Below the pieces are notes generated by a model. It was not told the DNA's origin. It saw only the letters and a program-made list of their open reading frames with translations, and ran no database searches. Positions 56,880 through 63,710 of a stretch of DNA of 63,710 nt are shown here, piece after piece. The position numbers were made by a program, and so were the translations under genes. Source of the DNA: a bacterium (GTDB lineage Bacteria > Patescibacteriota > Minisyncoccia > Phycocordibacterales > UBA2100); contig RFQR01000007.1 in the NCBI GenBank assembly GCA_009924895.1, positions 1-63,710 of the forward strand, given 5' to 3'. Numbering within the stretch: the stretch's first letter is position 1; every line of letters begins with the position of its first letter.

Positions 56880-58436
56880 ATGCTCGAGGCATTTCGACAC
56901 GCTGCCCACGCCGTACTACTCATGATTCGCACACGGCTGTTTGTATCATCAGTGTTCATCATTGTGCTCGGGGTAGGATGGTGGTATTTCTTGGGGTCAG
57001 AAAAGAGCGTCCCGATGCAGACTCTCACGGTTACGAAGGGTGATTTCGTGACACAAGTCACGGTATCGGGAAAAGTAAAATCCGCCTCCCAAGTTGACCT
57101 CGGGTTTGCACAAGCAGGAAGAGTAACGGGTGTCTATACTTCTGTCGGAAATAGTGTCTCTGCTGGAGCTCTCTTGGCGCAAGTGGAGAACGATGATCTG
57201 CGCGCCCTTGTTGAGCAACGACAAGCCGTTCTTGCAAATCAGCGTGCCAAGCTCCGCTCTCTTGAGGCGGGAACGCGTCCCGAATCAATCGCGGTGACAC
57301 AGTCGCAGCTCGAGAGTGCAAAAACCGCATATGCGGAAAGTACGATAGCGCTTCAAAACGCTCTTGCAGATGCCTACACGACATCAGATGCTGCAGTCCA
57401 TAACGTCGTCGATCTGTTTGTAAGTAATCCACGATCAGAATTTCCCCAGATCGTATTTCAAACTTCCGATTTACAGATGACCTCTGACTTTGTTGCGGCG
57501 CGCGTGAAGGCAGAGAGTATGCTTTCGCAGTGGTCAAATACGGTGAGCACGACTCCAGCTGCCGTTACTGAAAATATAAACCAAATCGTACGATTGCTTG
57601 AAATGGCAAACGCGGTCTTAAATCGCGGTATTTCGAATCAGTCGACTCCTCAGAGCAGCATTAATGCATTGGTGACTTCTGTCTCTGCTGCTCGCACGAG
57701 CGTTAACGGTGCGCTCAGCACCCTCACCGCAGCAATGACTGCCGAGAAAAGTGCTGCAAATGCGGTTGTCACCGCTCAAAACAACTTAAAGCTCGCACAA
57801 GCTGGTGCAACACAAGCAGATCTCGACGCGCAGCGCGCGCAGGTGCAAAGTGCGCAGGCTGATGTTGATTCGGCACGGGCACAGCTCGCACGCACTCTTA
57901 TCACTGCACCATTTTCAGGAACAGTAACGAAAGTGGACGCCAAGCGCGGGCAAATCGCTTCCACCAATGTTCCGCTTATCTCCATGATGAGCCGCGGCGT
58001 ATTTGAAATAGAAGTTTATGTGCCTGAGCTCTCTATCGCAAAAGTAAAAGTGGGGAATACGGCGACCGTAACGCTCGATGCTCTTCCTGACGCGCAATTT
58101 GAGGCGAAAGTCATTTCCATAGACCCGGCGGAAACGGTGCGTGATGGCGTGGCATCATACAAAGTCACACTTGAATTTAGTGAAAATAATGCGCGCCTCA
58201 AATCAGGCCTTACCACCGACGTAACAATTACAACCGAGCGGCGCTCTGATGTGCTGCTTATCCCCGAAGGCGCCGTGACAGAAAAAGATGGTGATATGGC
58301 GGTCGTGATTTCTCGTCCCGATGCTACGAGCGAAGAAAGAAAAGTGGTGACGGGAGAAGTTTCCTCTACCGGCCTCATTGAAATTATTTCCGGACTCTCA
58401 GTCGGCGACTTGGTTCTTGTTCCGTCACAAAAGTAG
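56880..58436 (+). CDS. MacA/HlyD-like adaptor
   Basis: VTVSGKV, VDLGF..GRV, ITAPFSGTV, LKSGLT. Confidence 0.9.
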   Translation: MLEAFRHAAHAVLLMIRTRLFVSSVFIIVLGVGWWYFLGSEKSVPMQTLTVTKGDFVTQVTVSGKVKSASQVDLGFAQAGRVTGVYTSVGNSVSAGALLAQVENDDLRALVEQRQAVLANQRAKLRSLEAGTRPESIAVTQSQLESAKTAYAESTIALQNALADAYTTSDAAVHNVVDLFVSNPRSEFPQIVFQTSDLQMTSDFVAARVKAESMLSQWSNTVSTTPAAVTENINQIVRLLEMANAVLNRGISNQSTPQSSINALVTSVSAARTSVNGALSTLTAAMTAEKSAANAVVTAQNNLKLAQAGATQADLDAQRAQVQSAQADVDSARAQLARTLITAPFSGTVTKVDAKRGQIASTNVPLISMMSRGVFEIEVYVPELSIAKVKVGNTATVTLDALPDAQFEAKVISIDPAETVRDGVASYKVTLEFSENNARLKSGLTTDVTITTERRSDVLLIPEGAVTEKDGDMAVVISRPDATSEERKVVTGEVSSTGLIEIISGLSVGDLVLVPSQK

Positions 58437-58546
58437 CATATGCCCAGCCCAAATTTTCTCCAGTCGAAAGTAGTCTCGAGATATTTTTTTTCTACACAAG
58501 GACAGTGCGCCATTATTGATTTACCGAACCTAGATTAGAGCTGGGT

Positions 58547-59803
58547 ATGGCACTCAGTAACGATGTGCGCATTGGGTTCTTTTTAGCCCTCCGTCAGCTT
58601 CGTCGCTCGTCTCTATGGACGACGGGACTCATTGTGTTTGTGATGGTGCTCACATTTTTGAATCTTGTTGTCGTTTCAGGTCTTTTGGTGGGTCTCATTC
58701 AGGGGGCAGTCCAGCAGCTGCGTGTGCAGTACACTGGTGACGTCATTATTTCTCCGCTTTCTGATAAGACGTATATCGAAAATACGCCGTCAGTCTTGGC
58801 AACGCTCTCGACCATTTCTACGATTAAAGCATTCTCATCGCGTTACACAGACCGCGCCACGCTCGAAGCAGATTATTTGAATCGCCGTGAAGGGGAAAAG
58901 CGCGACACGGCAAGCGGCCAGGTCTACGGCATCGACCCTGCCGCGGAGAATAAAACCACCAATCTTGGAAAGTTTTTAAAGGATGGCGCATATTTGAAGC
59001 CTGATGATTTTGATCAGATTTTAATTGGGTATTTTCTGCTTAAAAAGTATCTTCCATTTGATGACAGTCCAAACTTTACTGCACTCAAAAAGGCCGACGT
59101 TGGCGAAAAGGTACGGGTGACTATCAACGGGCAAACACGCGAGATGACCATAAAAGGAATTTTGGGCAGCAAGGTCGATAATATTCGACAAGGCATTTTT
59201 ATGACGGACACGCAGCTTCGTGCTCTGTCTGGTAGAAGTGATAACAACGTGGGGGCAATTGCAATTCATGTAGCGGATGGCGTCGATCCGCTCTCGGTTC
59301 GTAAAGACATTACGCTTCGAGGTGTGGGGAAGTACGCAAAAGTACAAACATTTGAAGAGGCACAGCCCCAAGGTTTCAAAGATATTGTAAAGACATTTTC
59401 GATGCTCGGAGCATTTTTCAGCGCATTTGGTCTCATTGTCGCTGCGATTACCATCTTCATTGTCATCTTCATTAATGCTCTCACGCGCCGCAAGTTTATC
59501 GGTATTTTGAAAGGTATCGGCATCAGCGGGCACGCAATTGAAATTGCGTATGTGTTTCAGTCAGTGTTTTATGCAATTATCGGTTCGGGAATTGGGCTTA
59601 TCGTTGTATACGGACTTTTGGTGCCCTATTTCACAGCACATCCGATAAACTTTCCATTTTCTGACGGCATCCTTTATGCACCATTTAACACAACCTTCTT
59701 TCGTGTGGGACTTCTTGTTGTGGCGACACTTGTTGCGGGATATCTACCTGCTCGCATGATTGTTCGAAAAAATACGCTTGATTCGATCTTAGGACGTAAC
59801 TAA
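58547..59803 (+). CDS. MacB/FtsX-family ABC permease
   Basis: N-terminal TM, large extracellular loop, RRKFIGILKGIG. Confidence 0.9.
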   Translation: MALSNDVRIGFFLALRQLRRSSLWTTGLIVFVMVLTFLNLVVVSGLLVGLIQGAVQQLRVQYTGDVIISPLSDKTYIENTPSVLATLSTISTIKAFSSRYTDRATLEADYLNRREGEKRDTASGQVYGIDPAAENKTTNLGKFLKDGAYLKPDDFDQILIGYFLLKKYLPFDDSPNFTALKKADVGEKVRVTINGQTREMTIKGILGSKVDNIRQGIFMTDTQLRALSGRSDNNVGAIAIHVADGVDPLSVRKDITLRGVGKYAKVQTFEEAQPQGFKDIVKTFSMLGAFFSAFGLIVAAITIFIVIFINALTRRKFIGILKGIGISGHAIEIAYVFQSVFYAIIGSGIGLIVVYGLLVPYFTAHPINFPFSDGILYAPFNTTFFRVGLLVVATLVAGYLPARMIVRKNTLDSILGRN

Positions 59804-59805
59804 TT

Positions 59806-60083
59806 TACCCGCCTAAATTTTATGCACTACGTCTATGTACTCCACAGTAAGAAGGATAAACAACTGTATGTTGGTTGTACCAATAATCTCAAAAAGAGAT
59901 TTACCTTGCATAACGCTGGAAAAGTCCTTTCGACGAGGTTGCGGACCCCGCTCACACTTGCTCACTATGAAGCTTTTATAAGCGAGAAAGACGCTTTTCT
60001 TCGTGAGAAGTGGCTAAAAACAGGATGGGGTCGCAACCAACTCCGGACGATGTTACCAGAATCTCTTAAAATTTTGGCGGGTA
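59806..60083. mobile_element. Putative GIY-YIG element with 17-bp terminal inverted repeats
   Basis: TACCCGCCTAAATTTTA (59806-59822) and TAAAATTTTGGCGGGTA (60067-60083), 1 mismatch. Confidence 0.7.
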
Positions 60084-60088
60084 TATGA
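59822..60088 (+). CDS. Small GIY-YIG nuclease
   Basis: YVYVL..LYVGCTNNLKKRFTLHN..HYEAF..A..REKWLK. Confidence 0.92.
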   Translation: MHYVYVLHSKKDKQLYVGCTNNLKKRFTLHNAGKVLSTRLRTPLTLAHYEAFISEKDAFLREKWLKTGWGRNQLRTMLPESLKILAGI

Positions 60089-60747
60089 TCACCGTAAAAA
60101 ATCTTAAGCGAAGTTTCAAAGATGGTGAGCGTACCATCGATGTTTTGAAAGGCATTGATCTCACAGTTAAAAAAGGTGAGTACATTGCCATCATGGGCCG
60201 TTCAGGCGCAGGAAAATCTACGCTCTTGTATCAAATATCGCTTCTCGACGACCCGACTAGTGGTGAGATAGTAATCGACGGAAAAAATACTCACGACATG
60301 ACGACGTACGAAAAAACTCAATTTCGATTGAATACGCTGGGGTACGTGTTTCAAGATTACGCACTTTTGCCCGAGCTTACCGCACTTGAAAACGTTGCGT
60401 TACCACTTCTGATGCAAGGACTCTCAAAACAAGAGGCCTATGGAAAGGCGCAAAAGTCACTCGAGCGAGTAAATCTGGGCCACCGTCTCGGTAACTTGCC
60501 ATCAAAGCTCTCGGGTGGAGAACAGCAGCGCGTCTCTATTTCGCGGGCAATTGCCCATGATCCGGTCATTCTCTTTGCTGATGAGCCAACCGCAAATCTT
60601 GATAACGAGTCGTCACGTCTCGTTATGGATATCTTTGATGAACTGCACAAGAAAGGACAAACAATTGTGTTGGTGACTCACGAAGAAGACTTTGGAAAAC
60701 GCGCAAACCGAATTGTAAAAATTGATGATGGAAAAATAGTCGTATAG
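60085..60747 (+). CDS. ABC ATPase (LolD/MacB-like)
   Basis: [26 protein letters not shown]. Confidence 0.95.
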   Translation: MITVKNLKRSFKDGERTIDVLKGIDLTVKKGEYIAIMGRSGAGKSTLLYQISLLDDPTSGEIVIDGKNTHDMTTYEKTQFRLNTLGYVFQDYALLPELTALENVALPLLMQGLSKQEAYGKAQKSLERVNLGHRLGNLPSKLSGGEQQRVSISRAIAHDPVILFADEPTANLDNESSRLVMDIFDELHKKGQTIVLVTHEEDFGKRANRIVKIDDGKIVV

Positions 60748-60806
60748 TTGACCGGTGCATTGTGGTGCGGTAGCTTTTAAAAAGTCTTCAAGAATGGGAG
60801 TGAGCC

Positions 60807-61325
60807 ATGGAAGAAATTATCAGTGCGTTTTGGTTCTTTTTGCCTGCATTTGTAGCAAATCAGTGCCCTGGATTTGCGAGGTGGGCTGGGATACCCCCTG
60901 TCACTATAAGCCGACGGCTTCTTGGCGGACACAAAACAATTGACGCGTATCTTGTTGGTTTTGTCGGGGCGTATATTGCTGTTGATTTTCAGCAAAGTCT
61001 TCATAGTTTTAATACGCGTCACAATGTACTTTTTGCAGACACCACTGAACAGAAAGTGTTATATGCATTTTTGTTTGGGTGTGGAGCAGTGGTAGGAGAT
61101 CACCTCAAGTCGTACTTCAAACGGCGAAGAGGAATCCCGCCGGGTTCACCGTGGTGGCCTTATGACCAACTTGATTTTGCGGTGGCAGCTTTGATCGCAA
61201 TCCTTCCGTTCTCGGGATGGATAGGGGTAAACCACATTGTGATTATTCTGGTGGTCTCGGTACTTTTTCACCCGGTGGTGAACTGGGTGGGATGGAAAGT
61301 CGGAATAAGAAAGACTTGGAAATAA
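60807..61325 (+). CDS. CDP-archaeol synthase (CarS/DUF46)-family protein
   Basis: LPAFVAN, LGGHKT, GD..KSYFKRR.GIPPG.PW..YDQLDF. Confidence 0.8.
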   Translation: MEEIISAFWFFLPAFVANQCPGFARWAGIPPVTISRRLLGGHKTIDAYLVGFVGAYIAVDFQQSLHSFNTRHNVLFADTTEQKVLYAFLFGCGAVVGDHLKSYFKRRRGIPPGSPWWPYDQLDFAVAALIAILPFSGWIGVNHIVIILVVSVLFHPVVNWVGWKVGIRKTWK

Positions 61326-61328
61326 AAC

Positions 61329-61356
61329 AGGGGTCGGCGCTGGTGCGCCGACCCCT
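61329..61356. terminator. Bidirectional hairpin terminator
   Basis: ggggtcggcgc-tggt-gcgccgacccc between convergent genes. Confidence 0.7.
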
Positions 61357-61365
61357 CTTGTGATG

Positions 61366-62280
61366 TCATATTCCCAGATTGTTCGACAGATACCCTCCAA
61401 TGTGAATCAGCGCTTTTCGCTTTTCTTCAGGATCGGTATGGAGTCCTTGATCTCGACTGACAGCAATACATGGCCTGTCGATGGGGAGAAGTCCGCGCAT
61501 ACAGTAGTCTGCCTCGTCTCTGACATTGTTGAGTACATAACCCTGAACATGTGCACCGAACTCTTCGATAACTGCTCGTATCTTTGCAGTTTGTTTTATG
61601 GGGCTTTCTTCAGGAATACAGACGATGAAGTACAGTGCCTTCTTCAGTGCGTCAACGGTCATAAGCATTCGTCGCGCAAAAAAGTCTGCACGTTGTATGT
61701 ACTCTCCTTTGAGGTATGTAGCAATATCGGGCCACTTGGCACCAAGAGCTGCGAGAGAGATTTTTCCCTTTTTTTGCAGATTAGTCAGACTGTGAGCTGT
61801 AGCGTCAGAATACTTAAGCAGCCTTGTCATGCCGTCTGTTGGCTCGATGTCTAGCACGATGTGCTTTGTTCCGGTCTCGTAGAGATGGGTTCCTAAGGAT
61901 ACGAGCCCGCAGAATTTTTGCAGCATGTGCGTGTCTGAAGGTATGCCAAAGAATGCGTTTGCCATATCGGCGAGCGGAATAAGACCGTGGTCGCTTGGAA
62001 ATTGTTCCAAGTATTTCTTTACCGACATCTTTCGTTTCTTTGCATCTGCAATTGAGATGTAATTGACGGGCTCGATGACACCGACTTTGAGGTGAGGATT
62101 TACTTCTTGAATTGAGTTAAAGGGAATGCTTTCTTTCCCTAAGGTGACACCAACGCTATGCCCACCGTCGGAGTCTAGGATACCAACATGTACTCCCTGC
62201 TGCGCTTTGTGAAGTGCAAGTGCTACGGCATTTGTGGTTTTACCAACTCCGCCTTTGCCAGTAAAGATAGAAACGTACAT
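61366..62280 (-). CDS. ArsA/GET3-family ATPase
   Basis: TGKGGVGKTT, DSDGGHS, LDIEPT, VCIPE, VLNNV. Confidence 0.82.
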   Translation of the reverse strand: MYVSIFTGKGGVGKTTNAVALALHKAQQGVHVGILDSDGGHSVGVTLGKESIPFNSIQEVNPHLKVGVIEPVNYISIADAKKRKMSVKKYLEQFPSDHGLIPLADMANAFFGIPSDTHMLQKFCGLVSLGTHLYETGTKHIVLDIEPTDGMTRLLKYSDATAHSLTNLQKKGKISLAALGAKWPDIATYLKGEYIQRADFFARRMLMTVDALKKALYFIVCIPEESPIKQTAKIRAVIEEFGAHVQGYVLNNVRDEADYCMRGLLPIDRPCIAVSRDQGLHTDPEEKRKALIHIGGYLSNNLGI

Positions 62281-62382
62281 CGTGAGGTTCCTCTCGGTTG
62301 CTATGGACTATCGACATGTATACCTGTTTTACTCGAGAAAAGAAAGCCTGGACACGCTCAGCGCGTTTTGTACAATTACGAC

Positions 62383-62955
62383 ATGAAAACAACTTCTAGA
62401 GGCGTTGCCTCAACATGGGTCATTATTGGAGTTCTTACAGTTATCGTTTTGATGGTAGGCGGAAAGTATAACGGTCTTGTGCGCAGTAATGAAGGCGTTA
62501 CGGCACAGTGGGCACAAGTGGGAACGCAGTACCAGCGTCGTGTCGATTTGATTCCAAACTTGGTTGAGTCAGTAAAAGGCGTGATGAAGCAAGAGCAGAC
62601 CGTCTTTGGCGCACTTGCGCAAGCTCGGGCAAATTACGCAGGAGCGCGCAGTACAGACGAGAAGGCAGCTGCGGCTGGACAAGTAGAGAGTGCGTTTGGG
62701 CGCCTTCTTGCGGTCATGGAAAACTATCCGCAATTGAAATCGGCAGAAAATGTACAGTCACTCATGGCAGAGATTGCCGGGACTGAAAATCGTGTATCGG
62801 TCGAGCGCATGCGCTACAATGAAATCGTACGCGACTTTAATGTGAGTGTAAAAACATTCCCGGGATCGTTGCTCGCATCGTGGTTTGGATTTGCACCACG
62901 CACCATGTTTGAGGCAGAGGTAGGGGCAGATAAAGCACCAAAAGTACAGTTTTAG
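62383..62955 (+). CDS. lemA: LemA family protein
   Basis: QYQRRVDLIPNLV, ENYPQLKS, TENRV..R.RYN. Confidence 0.95.
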   Translation: MKTTSRGVASTWVIIGVLTVIVLMVGGKYNGLVRSNEGVTAQWAQVGTQYQRRVDLIPNLVESVKGVMKQEQTVFGALAQARANYAGARSTDEKAAAAGQVESAFGRLLAVMENYPQLKSAENVQSLMAEIAGTENRVSVERMRYNEIVRDFNVSVKTFPGSLLASWFGFAPRTMFEAEVGADKAPKVQF

Positions 62956-62959
62956 CTAT

Positions 62960-63710
62960 ATGAAGCAACTTCTTGTTGCTATAGTGGGTATACTTACGGG
63001 CGTCGCATTCGTGGCGCCCGCTTCCGCCTTTGAAGTTTCGGCACGACCACAGGGTTTTGTGAATGACTATGCAAGCGTGCTTACCCCGGAAACAATAGCT
63101 TCTCTCGAGAGTACGCTCGTAGTGTTTACAGCAAGTACCTCAAACGAAATCAGCGTAGTGACTGTGCCTGACATGGGAGGGGATTATATTGAACACTACG
63201 CAGTCACACTTGCTCAGAAGTGGGGTGTGGGGGATAAGCAAAAAGACAACGGCATTATGCTGCTTCTTTCGAAAGAGGAGCACGCGATTCGCATTGAAGT
63301 GGGATATGGGCTCGAAGGCGCTGTGCCGGATAGCGTTGCAAACAGAATCATACAGAATGACATGGTTCCGTATCTTAAACAGGGGGATTACGATACTGCA
63401 GTTACAAACGCCGTCACAAGTCTCATAAAAGCGACAAACGGTGAGTACAAAAATAACGTTTCAGTTTCTATGAAAGACATTGAAAGTGCTCTGCCATTTA
63501 TTTTTGTGTTTGGTGCGTTGGCTCTTCAGTGGCTCGGAGCGATATTGGGACGCACCAAGCAGTGGTGGCTTGGTGGTCTTCTTGGTGCAGGACTCGGTGT
63601 TAGTATTAGTACTTTTATTGGATGGTGGCTGATAGGAGGTGCGTTTCTTACGCTGGGACTCACACTCTTCGGGCTTCTCTTTGATTACGTTGTGTCGAGT
63701 ACGGCAGCAC
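62960..63710 (+). CDS. TPM domain protein (3' truncated by the window end)
   Basis: Manual translation: GFVNDYA, KWGVG..KDNGIMLL, RIEVGYGLEG; no stop before the window end. Confidence 0.9.
   Translation, partial: MKQLLVAIVGILTGVAFVAPASAFEVSARPQGFVNDYASVLTPETIASLESTLVVFTASTSNEISVVTVPDMGGDYIEHYAVTLAQKWGVGDKQKDNGIMLLLSKEEHAIRIEVGYGLEGAVPDSVANRIIQNDMVPYLKQGDYDTAVTNAVTSLIKATNGEYKNNVSVSMKDIESALPFIFVFGALALQWLGAILGRTKQWWLGGLLGAGLGVSISTFIGWWLIGGAFLTLGLTLFGLLFDYVVSSTAA

Noticed and set aside
3823-61854. Numerous long antisense or overlapping ORFs (e.g. 3823-4617, 13344-13751, 23498-24214, 51010-51663, 61360-61854)
   Set aside because: Shadows of well-supported genes or tRNAs, with no motifs or initiation signals.

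Overview
63.7 kb of bacterial chromosome, by inference from a Patescibacteria/CPR (Parcubacteria-like) genome: compact core genes, a CPR-type pilin, many orphan secreted or membrane proteins, and a solitary atpB. Standard genetic code. Core genes include rpmG, miaA, parB, a RelA/SpoT homolog, topA, dprA, serS, a FtsQ-like gene, dus, dnaX, dinB, cyclophilin, sppA, atpB, msrAB, a pseudouridine synthase, lemA, RND and MacAB-type transporters, and four tRNAs (Trp, Leu, Gln, Glu). Between them sit many single-gene cassettes with their own sigma70 promoter, SD and terminator, several broken by in-frame stops. The most unusual structures are: (1) a GIY-YIG nuclease gene bracketed by 17-bp terminal inverted repeats inside an ABC operon; (2) two tandem small hairpin-rich inserts after tRNA-Gln, each bounded by an 18-22 bp direct repeat; (3) a synonymously diverged relic of the topA 3' end, separated from topA by a 44-nt hairpin; (4) two unannotated promoter-and-terminator-bounded structured RNAs, one 6S-like (41.1 kb) and one unknown multibranched ~205 nt RNA (43.7 kb). 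All calls come from reading the sequence by eye; no searches or folding programs were run.
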